A stretch of DNA of 64,000 bases, from positions 14,572 through 78,571 of the forward strand of contig JAJZQJ010000005.1 of assembly GCA_021851895.1 (NCBI GenBank), given 5' to 3'. The position numbers were made by a program, and so were the translations under genes. This DNA comes from a bacterium (lineage in GTDB: Bacteria > Patescibacteriota > Minisyncoccia > Phycocordibacterales > UBA6899). Positions 49,639 to 59,905 of the stretch are shown piece by piece (position 1 is the stretch's first letter; every line of letters begins with the position of its first letter). The notes below the pieces were generated by a model. That model did no database searches, was not told the DNA's origin, and saw nothing but the letters and a program-made list of their open reading frames with translations.

Positions 49639-49904
49639 GTTTTTCACCAGAACACCTTGTCATTGGTACTAACATATTTGATGGCTCAACAAACAAATAT
49701 ATATATTTATATAGTATACTTAGTGTGATATTGACGAGCTTACAAATGAGTGTCATGAAAAATTCCTCACCACTCATTGAGATACCCGTGCGAGGCAAAA
49801 ACGTTCAACTATACAAGCACTGATTACACCCCCATATGCTTGCAATTTTCAAGAAACATGTATGGAAATTCAACAAAAAAAACAACTGACCTTGTCAGTT
49901 GTTT

Positions 49905-52169
<2,265 letters not shown>

Positions 52170-52173
52170 TCAT

Positions 52174-52494
52174 ATGCGACCAGAGAATGCCACCGGCTGG
52201 GTCGGCAGGAAATTCCTGTTCGTCGCCCTCCTGCACAATGTTCCAGGGCAGATGCCCAAAGAGATTCCCAAAATATTGATCGAAGGGACGATCACCGGAG
52301 TGCTTGTTGATGACAAGACTGGTGCGACACACATCGAGGTGTCAAATCGCTTCGTCTACATACACAACCGTTCATTCCCAATCGTGCGACAAGTGATCGT
52401 CATGGAAAAAAACAAGAAGCCGTATCTCCACTTCGATGCACAGCGGGACACGGGAAGCGAACGCTTCACTGGCGAGTTTATGCTCGCTGAATGA
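52174..52494 (+). CDS. Hypothetical protein
   Basis: GGAGG SD, upstream TTGACG promoter-like element, ends at a bidirectional terminator. Confidence 0.6.
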   Translation: MRPENATGWVGRKFLFVALLHNVPGQMPKEIPKILIEGTITGVLVDDKTGATHIEVSNRFVYIHNRSFPIVRQVIVMEKNKKPYLHFDAQRDTGSERFTGEFMLAE

Positions 52495-52525
52495 CAAAAC
52501 CAGCCAAGGGCTGGTTTTTCACTTA

Positions 52526-54487
52526 CTACGAACGCACATCAAATCGAGCATCTGCTGCGCGAAGCGCTGCGACCACCTTCTCAGCTACGGTATTCGCCTC
52601 ATCATCAGAAAGTGTTCTCTCATTACTTTGCAGCGTCATACGAAATGCAAAGCTCTTCTTCCCCTCCTCAGGTTTCTCGAAAACATCAAAGAGTGCAAGA
52701 TCGATGACAAGCGGCCCCATAACAGAGCGAATGATCTCATCGATAGCTCCGACACGAATCTCCATCGGAACCCAGAGGGCAACATCGCGCACTACCTTTG
52801 GATACTTGCTTGGAGCCACATAGCGATACTGCTCCTCTTTGGAGACAAGCTGCACTAGTACATCAAAGTCGATCTCAAAACCCTGCACGTGGAGCACACC
52901 GATCAAAGTTTTGCCTACGTAGATCTCTGCTGCAACATCACCGCCGCATTCCTTATACGTGAACCCCTTGAGGCCACATGCTCTTGCGAGCGCGTCGAGT
53001 ACACCTTTAAGTTGCACGAAATCATTCTTCACTTCTGCTTGCTTGCGCTTTTGGAATCCGATAGCGGCCGCGAATGAACGATTCTCGGAAACCTTTCCAT
53101 CGTTCTTGCCAAAGACCGATCCAAATTCAAAGATGCGTACTACATCCTTGTATTTTAAATTCTCTGCCAACGATTCACGAAGTCCATGCGATAGATTATT
53201 GCGGAGAGCCTTGCGATCCGAGGCCATCGGATTGCGGAGCTCCACTTCCCCGAGATTGTTGAACGAATAAGTATACACCTCAGAAAATCCTGAAGCGAGC
53301 ATGACCTCGCGAGCTTTATCACGAAGTGTCCAAAAAAGATTCTGCGTAGGAGCAATAAGTGGCTCCAAAGGAAGTGTACCAACAAGTCCTTCAAGACCGA
53401 CAAGACGACAGACTTCCTCGGCGAGATCTTCCTTGATTGTGATATCCAAACGCTCATGCGGAACAACGATCGTCCAAACACTGTCCTCCCCCTTGCCCTT
53501 CACCTTCGAAGAGAATCCGAGACGCTTCCAGATACGAGATACCTCTGCAGCATCATAATGTGCACCGACGATACGTTCGATCTGTGCGAGTGAAACCGAG
53601 ACCGTACGCTGCTTTGGAAGCGCAGCCCCTTTTATCACAGGAATACCAGGAATGACTTCTTTACCTCCTGCGATGTCGATGATGATACCTGCAACCATAG
53701 CGAGCGCCTCATCGACGTAATATGGCGTCATGCCCTGCTCAAAGCGCTTCGCTGCATCGGTGCGGAGGTTGTAGCGCTGCGCAGCTTTACGCACCGTCGC
53801 ACCATCGAAGTTTGCAGACTCAAGGACTATAGTCTTTGTATCTTTATTGACCTCTGCTATCGTTCCCCCTTTCACACCTGCGACCGCAAGCGGTGACTGC
53901 TTATCTGCAATGACAAGCGTGCCAACATCGAGAGCTATCTGCTTCCCGTCAAGCGTTGTGATCTGCTCGCCCTCCTTTGATGCGCGGACGACGATCTTCT
54001 TTCCGGAGATCTTCGCATAGTCAAATGCGTGCAGCGGTTGCCCCATCATGTAAAGCACATAATTGGTCGCGTCAACGACATTATTGATCGAGCGCGCCCC
54101 AAGTGTCTCCAAAGCATCCTTTAACCATTTTGGTGAAGGACCTACAGAGATATTATCGAGAACGAGTGCAGCATAGCGTACAGCTCGTTTGTCTGCAATT
54201 TGTACATCGATCTTATGAGCTTTTGCGCTACCCTTTTGGAGCTTTACGGCAGGAGTCTTCTTAAGCGGGATATTTAGCACAGCGGAAACCTCCTTCGCCA
54301 CACCCCGATGTGAAAGACAATCATGTGCACGGTTGGGAAGCACTTTCACATCAATGAGCGTATCGCCCTTTTTCGCTTCGATCCCTTCAATTTCAAAACT
54401 ATGCGCCGTAAGCTTCGCCGCAATGATGTCCGCCTTTGGAAGCGGCTTATCGAAATATGTTTGGAGTAATTTTCGAGAGATAAGCAT
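52526..54487 (-). CDS. pheT: Phenylalanine--tRNA ligase beta subunit (lacks OB insertion)
   Basis: PNRAHDCLSHRG, INNVVDATNY, GQPLHAFD, EDLAEEV, C-terminal FDX-ACB. Confidence 0.96.
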   Translation of the reverse strand: MLISRKLLQTYFDKPLPKADIIAAKLTAHSFEIEGIEAKKGDTLIDVKVLPNRAHDCLSHRGVAKEVSAVLNIPLKKTPAVKLQKGSAKAHKIDVQIADKRAVRYAALVLDNISVGPSPKWLKDALETLGARSINNVVDATNYVLYMMGQPLHAFDYAKISGKKIVVRASKEGEQITTLDGKQIALDVGTLVIADKQSPLAVAGVKGGTIAEVNKDTKTIVLESANFDGATVRKAAQRYNLRTDAAKRFEQGMTPYYVDEALAMVAGIIIDIAGGKEVIPGIPVIKGAALPKQRTVSVSLAQIERIVGAHYDAAEVSRIWKRLGFSSKVKGKGEDSVWTIVVPHERLDITIKEDLAEEVCRLVGLEGLVGTLPLEPLIAPTQNLFWTLRDKAREVMLASGFSEVYTYSFNNLGEVELRNPMASDRKALRNNLSHGLRESLAENLKYKDVVRIFEFGSVFGKNDGKVSENRSFAAAIGFQKRKQAEVKNDFVQLKGVLDALARACGLKGFTYKECGGDVAAEIYVGKTLIGVLHVQGFEIDFDVLVQLVSKEEQYRYVAPSKYPKVVRDVALWVPMEIRVGAIDEIIRSVMGPLVIDLALFDVFEKPEEGKKSFAFRMTLQSNERTLSDDEANTVAEKVVAALRAADARFDVRS

Positions 54488-54490
54488 AAG

Positions 54491-54518
54491 TAAGAAGTAA
54501 GAAGTAAGAAGTAAGAAG
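54491..54518. repeat. (TAAGAAG)x4 heptamer array before the pheT start
   Basis: Read directly from the sequence. Confidence 0.9.
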
Positions 54519-54537
54519 GTTGAAATACCTATCTTTC

Positions 54538-54888
54538 TTACTCATTCGGATAAGTTCCACAAAGCGAATAAAGCATTTTGGCGAGCTCGCCAAGAAGGGA
54601 TTCTAGTTCTGAAATATTCTCAACATAGCCTAGGCGATGGGCAATCTCGAGCTGAGTTTCAACTTCAGCCACCGACCCAAGCGCAATCGAATAAAATCTC
54701 TGTCTATCTTTTTGAGTATTTCGCCTATAGCCTTCTGCAATATTTGATGGCGCTGAAATCGCAGCTCTCTGAATTTGAGAACTCAAAGCATATTGCTCAT
54801 TTTTTGGAAATGTACTTGTCAGTTTATACACAAGCACAACCATATTCATGGACTTCTGCCACACGATCAAATCTTTATAACCATTCAT
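54538..54888 (-). CDS. Four-helix-bundle protein (23S rRNA IVP / Avd-like family)
   Basis: YKDLIVWQKS, FPKNEQYALSSQIQRAAIS, SNIAEG, GSVAEVETQL. Confidence 0.92.
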   Translation of the reverse strand: MNGYKDLIVWQKSMNMVVLVYKLTSTFPKNEQYALSSQIQRAAISAPSNIAEGYRRNTQKDRQRFYSIALGSVAEVETQLEIAHRLGYVENISELESLLGELAKMLYSLCGTYPNE

Positions 54889-54926
54889 AATATTGCTTTT
54901 GAGAGTGAAGTAGTTGTGAGAATTTC

Positions 54927-54954
54927 CTTCCCACTTCTCACTTCTTACTTCTCA
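54927..54954. repeat. (CTTCYYA)x4 heptamer array abutting the pheS stop
   Basis: CTTCCCA CTTCTCA CTTCTTA CTTCTCA; inverted relative to the 54491 array. Confidence 0.9.
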
Positions 54955-55728
54955 CTATATTGTATCGAACTGATCCACGAGGCGAAGGTCGCCATTGTAA
55001 AGTGTGCGAATGTCGGGAATTCCCCACTTCAACATGACGAAACGATCGACACCGCCACCGAAAGCAAAGCCCTGGTACTTATTCGGATCAATACCGCCAG
55101 CGCGAAGCACGTCAGGATGCACCATACCCGCACCCATCACTTCGATCCACTTTTCCACCTTTCCCTTATCATCTGTCCAGCCGATGTCGATTTCAACTGA
55201 TGGCTCGGTGAATGGGAAATATGATGGGCGAAAACGCACCATCATCGGTCGTCCGAAGAGGCGTGCAAAAAAGAGTTCGAGCATACCTTTCAAGTTCGCA
55301 AGCGAAACATCTTTACCGATCATGAGACCTTCGAACTGATGGAATTGCGCCTCGTGGGTGGCATCTGTTGCTTCATAGCGAAACACCTTACCCGGTGCAA
55401 TGATGCGGATCGGCGCACCCTGCTTCTCCATATGACGTATCTGGACCGGTGATGTATGCGTACGCAAAAGAAGACGCTCGAGTCCGCGAGTATCTTTCAA
55501 CCAGAACGTATCCCACATATCACGTGCGGGGTGATCTTTCGGAATATTGAGCGCATCAAAGTTGTAGTGTTCGGTCTCGATCTCTGGGCCATCTGCGATA
55601 CTGAAGCCCATAGAGCCGAATATGCTGTTGATGTCGCGCATCATGATCGAGACAGGATGCATATGCCCGCGCTCTCCCCCCTTTCCAGGGAGCGTTGCGT
55701 CAAGGCCAATTTGCTCTCGTGAATACAT
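54955..55728 (-). CDS. pheS: Phenylalanine--tRNA ligase alpha subunit (short form)
   Basis: HPARDMWDTF, LRTHTSPVQ, FRPSYFPFTEPS, GAGMVHP; start 55728 after a TATGAT -10. Confidence 0.95.
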   Translation of the reverse strand: MYSREQIGLDATLPGKGGERGHMHPVSIMMRDINSIFGSMGFSIADGPEIETEHYNFDALNIPKDHPARDMWDTFWLKDTRGLERLLLRTHTSPVQIRHMEKQGAPIRIIAPGKVFRYEATDATHEAQFHQFEGLMIGKDVSLANLKGMLELFFARLFGRPMMVRFRPSYFPFTEPSVEIDIGWTDDKGKVEKWIEVMGAGMVHPDVLRAGGIDPNKYQGFAFGGGVDRFVMLKWGIPDIRTLYNGDLRLVDQFDTI

Positions 55729-55848
55729 AGTGAATTCATCATAGCACACGGAGAAACATGCGTAAAATGGCATTTTTTCAACGTTTCCTTGATGTGCAAG
55801 ACTTACCATGCTAGCCTGACTGTAGAGAAAGTTCACCAGAAAGGACCC

Positions 55849-56403
55849 ATGATCAGCACCCCTTCCCCGCGCCGCATTGTCAAAGTCTCCCTCGACTCGA
55901 TCGTCAGTTTCGACAACGAGGCAATACTCGCTGCGAAGAATAGCGACGAAGCGTGTCGCATCGCGGAACACCTCCTCGCTCGCCTCGAAAAGATACGAGC
56001 ACCAAGACGTTACTTCGAGCTCGCACTCAAGAACAGCCTGATGAAGAGACCGGAAATGCAGAAGCGCCACTACTTCATCATGCATGACCGAAGCGTACTC
56101 AAGGTCGCAGTCCGGTTCGGGAGGCACGCCACCACGAAAACGCGCGAGAAGCTGATCACTATCGCAGGCTACTTCGGGATGTATCGTCTTCTTAAAGAGG
56201 TCATCTCTGATTTGCGTAATACCGTGATGACGAAGCAGGAATTCCTTGCAATGACCGTCCATTTCAGCGTGTCGAGCGAAACGATGGATGAGCACGCGCT
56301 CGGAATGATTCGCGATGCTGAAATCGCACACGGTGAAGCATTCGCTAAAACGATCGAGGACGCTCTCGCTACTCGATACCAAGAATGGAACGAACTTCCA
56401 TGA
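55849..56403 (+). CDS. Hypothetical protein, paralog of the next gene
   Basis: AAAGGA SD; shared motifs with 56510..57079. Confidence 0.65.
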   Translation: MISTPSPRRIVKVSLDSIVSFDNEAILAAKNSDEACRIAEHLLARLEKIRAPRRYFELALKNSLMKRPEMQKRHYFIMHDRSVLKVAVRFGRHATTKTREKLITIAGYFGMYRLLKEVISDLRNTVMTKQEFLAMTVHFSVSSETMDEHALGMIRDAEIAHGEAFAKTIEDALATRYQEWNELP

Positions 56404-56509
56404 CATGTCCTTGCCGCACGATCGTGCGGTTTTTTCTTGCAAAGTTTTATGTCTCATGTTATGGTATCCCTCCCGAGATAGTTCTTTAACCACCACAAGG
56501 AGCCCATAC

Positions 56510-57079
56510 ATGGGAAGCTCTCTTCGCGCCAATAGAAGCGGCCTTATGCCGCTACGCACACACCTCGACTTCGACATGAAGTCGATTCTCGAGATGAGTC
56601 CGAGGATCGGACTCGCCCTCGCTCAGCACACCATGCGAAAGCTCGAGATCATGGAGGCGCCCGACTGGGCCTTCGAACGATTCGCAGAGCACTGCCTCCT
56701 TGAGCTCCCGGAGTTCCAATCCGGCTGGATCATGCAGGCACAATCCAAGGACTTCTTCATGCTTCTCCTTTCGTGTGGAAAACATGCGAATATGGAGATC
56801 AAGGAGAGGATCGTCCTCGTCGCGCGCAGGTTCCGAGACTACAAGCTGCTCAAGCTGACCGTGGGAACACTGCTCGTAAGGCCGCTCTCCCCTTTCGAAT
56901 TCGAAGAGGCGGCTGAGCTTCTCCATATCACGAGCCGTGATTTCAGTGAGACCGCGAGCCTCATCACGATCGATGCGTTCAAGACACATGGCCTTGAGCT
57001 CCGATCGAAGATCAAGGAGATCCTCAAGAAAAAGGCCGACGTCGAACTCCTCGAGGAAACCGCCATTGCGGCGGTGTGA
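56510..57079 (+). CDS. Hypothetical protein, paralog of the previous gene
   Basis: AAGGAG SD; followed by AGCACCC-TAA-GGGGTGCTTTTT terminator. Confidence 0.65.
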   Translation: MGSSLRANRSGLMPLRTHLDFDMKSILEMSPRIGLALAQHTMRKLEIMEAPDWAFERFAEHCLLELPEFQSGWIMQAQSKDFFMLLLSCGKHANMEIKERIVLVARRFRDYKLLKLTVGTLLVRPLSPFEFEEAAELLHITSRDFSETASLITIDAFKTHGLELRSKIKEILKKKADVELLEETAIAAV

Positions 57080-57524
57080 AATGCAGCACCCTAAGGGGTG
57101 CTTTTTGTTATTAGGTGAGATAAGGTGTCGCATTCCGAGATGAGCCACCTGCAGGACTTGAACAAAACTCGGCTCGCGCACCTGGGGGGGTGTGGAGCCA
57201 CCTGTAGGCTTTCATGTCGCGATGCCGCGCACCCCAGAGGGGCCCCGCACGGCCCTGCTCCTCGATCTCCTTACAGGAGCTGTACACCTTTTGGATCTTT
57301 TGTTTCGAAGACTCACAAAAGTTCTCAAAAGGTCTTGCGCTCTCGCTCCCATAAGAATAGGGCCCATGAGCGAGAGCTCACCCACAGTGCTCGACGGAAT
57401 CCTTTTGCGGCAAAAGGATTCCTGCTCTCCTAGACGGGGAAGGTACCCCTTCCCCGACCCCCTTCCATTCAAGCCTGACAGGTGGCCCAAAAACAAAAAC
57501 CCCCTTGCGGGGGTTTTATGTTTT

Positions 57525-57600
57525 TGGAGCCACCTGTCAGGCTTGAACTGACGACCTACGGTTTACAAAACCGTTGCTCTACCAACTGAGCTAAGGTGGC
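57525..57600 (-). tRNA. tRNA-Thr (anticodon TGT)
   Basis: GCCACCT acceptor stem, TAGCTCAGTTGGTAGAGC D arm, ACGGT-TTTGTAA-ACCGT, GTTCAAGC T loop, encoded CCA. Confidence 0.97.
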
Positions 57601-57649
57601 AGGTGTACGAGCAATCATTCGATTGCCCGTACAATATAACCGAAAATGA

Positions 57650-58111
57650 TTACATTGTCGATCCATCCTCGATCTTGTGATCGGGGCGTAATTCCGCAAA
57701 AGATGCCCTTTGCTTCTTCTCGACGAGTGGTTCATGGACTGCTCGACGGTGTGCAACCTTCTGACGAAATTCCTCTTTGTGCTCTACGATACGCTTGAGG
57801 AAAAACGACACTGCACCACCATGCGGAACCGCCGGATAACCGAAGAGTCGCGCATACGTCCTATCTCGCATAGCGAGCATTCGAGCGAGGACATGCGTCG
57901 TTGCGTTATGGACATAAGGCATGAAATCATGCCACAGGTCTACAAGCGCGTGGATGATATCCTGATAGGTCAAGATATAGAGATCCCACCAAGATGCAGG
58001 AATTCCACGCGAAGATGACACGCGTGACGAGCGTACTCCGAAAAGCGCCGCAACGAGAGTGCTGAGCACAAGGAGCAAGCCGACGACCCAAATTGTGATG
58101 AGAGATGTCAT
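57650..58111 (-). CDS. Membrane-anchored hypothetical protein
   Basis: N-terminal TM; VSFFLKRI motif. Confidence 0.65.
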   Translation of the reverse strand: MTSLITIWVVGLLLVLSTLVAALFGVRSSRVSSSRGIPASWWDLYILTYQDIIHALVDLWHDFMPYVHNATTHVLARMLAMRDRTYARLFGYPAVPHGGAVSFFLKRIVEHKEEFRQKVAHRRAVHEPLVEKKQRASFAELRPDHKIEDGSTM

Positions 58112-58154
58112 ATTTTTTTCCCCTCTTAGATGTGCAACACACTAAGAATGAGGA

Positions 58155-58260
58155 TTTTTGGACGCAGGTTGCCATGCTAGAGACTCACGAACGCTAGCGA
58201 GATGGGCTCGGTGCCCATTGAGCGAGTCGTGAGTTGAAGCATGGTAAGATGCACCAAAAA
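58155..58260 (+). repeat. Dispersed structured element, copy C
   Basis: TTGCCATGC-TAGAG-ACTCACG-AACGCTAGCGAG-ATGGGC-TCGGT-GCCCAT-TGAGCGAGT-CGTGAGT-TGAA-GCATGGTAA. Confidence 0.8.
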
Positions 58261-58270
58261 GACCATTCAG

Positions 58271-58870
58271 TTACTTGCCAACGACGAAGCGAGAAAAACG
58301 TGCGAGCTCAGTCTTTTCTCCGAACTTCTGTACTGCACCCTCGATGAGCTGCGCGATCGTAATGTCCGGATTTTTTACATAAGGCTGCTTCATAAGCACC
58401 TGCTCTGCAAAGTATGCTGAGATCTTTCCATCGAGAGCCTTCTGCTTGATCTCCTCTGGCTTCCCTGCCATCTGCTTATCTACCTCCTCCTTGAAGAATT
58501 CGATAGCCTTTGCGCGCTCTACCTCCTGGATATCTTCCTCAACGCGGTACTTCGGAGCGACTGCTGCGACATGCATAGCAATATCATATGCGAGCTGCTT
58601 GAAATCCTCGTTCTTCGCGACGAAATCCGTCTCACAATTGAGCTCTACCATCGCACCGACGGTGGAATTGCCGTGAATATATGCTGCGACGACACCTGAA
58701 CCAAGCGTACGGTCCGCCTTCTTCGTAGCGATCTCCGCAGACTTCTTGCGAAGTGCGATGCGTGCCTTCTCCATATCACCGCCCGCGTCCTCAAGTGCCT
58801 TCTTGCACTGCATGATCGCGACATTCGTCTCGTCACGCAACTGCTTCACCATGTCCATGCTGATTTCCAT
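58271..58870 (-). CDS. tsf: Elongation factor Ts (short form)
   Basis: CKKALE, ELNCETDFVAKN, AMHVAA. Confidence 0.97.
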   Translation of the reverse strand: MEISMDMVKQLRDETNVAIMQCKKALEDAGGDMEKARIALRKKSAEIATKKADRTLGSGVVAAYIHGNSTVGAMVELNCETDFVAKNEDFKQLAYDIAMHVAAVAPKYRVEEDIQEVERAKAIEFFKEEVDKQMAGKPEEIKQKALDGKISAYFAEQVLMKQPYVKNPDITIAQLIEGAVQKFGEKTELARFSRFVVGK

Positions 58871-58962
58871 AGAAATTTAATTTAATGGCAAAAACGGCAA
58901 CGCCATTTTCACCGAAGATCTAATTTTTTGGAGTTACTCTTTGCAACTCTTTTTTAGCGAGG

Positions 58963-59070
58963 ATTTCGGGATGAGATTTGCCGTGCCGGAGGTGTGCGAA
59001 CTCTAGTGAGCCGTACGGGTTGTACGGTGAACGAGTCGCATGCCGAAGCACGGTAAAGATCGCCCGAAAT
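58963..59070 (+). repeat. Dispersed structured element, copy D
   Basis: TTGCCGTGC-CGGAG-GTGTGCG-AACTCTAGTGAG-CCGTAC-GGGTT-GTACGG-TGAACGAGT-CGCATGC-CGAA-GCACGGTAA. Confidence 0.8.
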
Positions 59071-59081
59071 AACGCTAAAAA

Positions 59082-59774
59082 CTACTTCTGGGCGATACCA
59101 GCCTTCAACGATGTGGCTACAGTATCAAGGAAATACTTCACGCTCTCACGTGCTGAATCATTTGCAAGCACTGGGAATGCGATCTTTGAGATATCGTTAT
59201 CTGTGTTCGCGAGTGCGATCACTGGGATGCGAAGCTTTATCGCCTCAGTGACAGCGATCTCCTCTGCACGTGCGTCAACGACGACAACAGCTGCAGGAAG
59301 AGACTCGAGTGCTGCGATGCCACCGAAGTCTGCTTTCAGGCGAGTAAGCTCGCGCTCAAGCATGAGTCGCTCTTTCTTCGTATACTTTTGCACGAGATCA
59401 CCCTTAGCAAACTGCTCAGTGAGATTCTTCATGCGTGCGATACGCTTCTTGATCTCTACGAAATTCGTAAGCGTACCTCCGAGCCAACGGCTTGCGACGT
59501 ATGGCATCGAGACGATCGTTGCTGCATCGACAACGAGATCTGCGATCTCCTTCTTTGCACCTACGAAGAGCACGGTCTTGCCCTGCTTTCCGAGTTCACG
59601 AACGGCTGCGCTCGCAGCTTCGAGCTGCTTTGCGGTCTTTGTAAGATCGATGATGTCTACGCCATTCTTTGCGCCAAACAATTGTGAGCGCACAGAGGCA
59701 TGGCGGCGAGGGCGCCCATATCCAATGTGCGCACCGGCATTAAACAAAGCATCAATTACGGTATTTTCTGACAT
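59082..59774 (-). CDS. rpsB: 30S ribosomal protein S2
   Basis: AGAHIG, IIDLTKT, RWLGGTLTNF, ANDS. Confidence 0.97.
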   Translation of the reverse strand: MSENTVIDALFNAGAHIGYGRPRRHASVRSQLFGAKNGVDIIDLTKTAKQLEAASAAVRELGKQGKTVLFVGAKKEIADLVVDAATIVSMPYVASRWLGGTLTNFVEIKKRIARMKNLTEQFAKGDLVQKYTKKERLMLERELTRLKADFGGIAALESLPAAVVVVDARAEEIAVTEAIKLRIPVIALANTDNDISKIAFPVLANDSARESVKYFLDTVATSLKAGIAQK

Positions 59775-59905
59775 ATTCTTTCCTCTATTGTTTTTTTGAT
59801 AATGGAGTAAGACTAACACATTTATCCAGACTTTGCAACATTTTTTGACCAACAGCCAAAGACGAAAAAGCGCTCGAATGAGCGCTTTTTCCGAGTGACA
59901 CCCAA

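Noticed and set aside
49500-49900. oriC (three perfect DnaA boxes, AT-rich tract, next to gyrB)
   Set aside because: No dnaA/dnaN nearby, and core genes stay on the minus strand on both sides. Similar boxes recur at other surface-gene promoters. Not fully excluded without GC-skew.
54538-54888. Diversity-generating retroelement (Avd-like gene)
   Set aside because: No reverse transcriptase or TR/VR pair with A-specific mismatches was seen in the window.
55729-56577. N-terminal extension making PheS 540 aa
   Set aside because: It is antisense to a plus-strand gene with its own SD; PheS similarity and a -10 box begin at 55728.
58978-59799. 273-aa plus-strand ORF
   Set aside because: Antisense shadow of rpsB.
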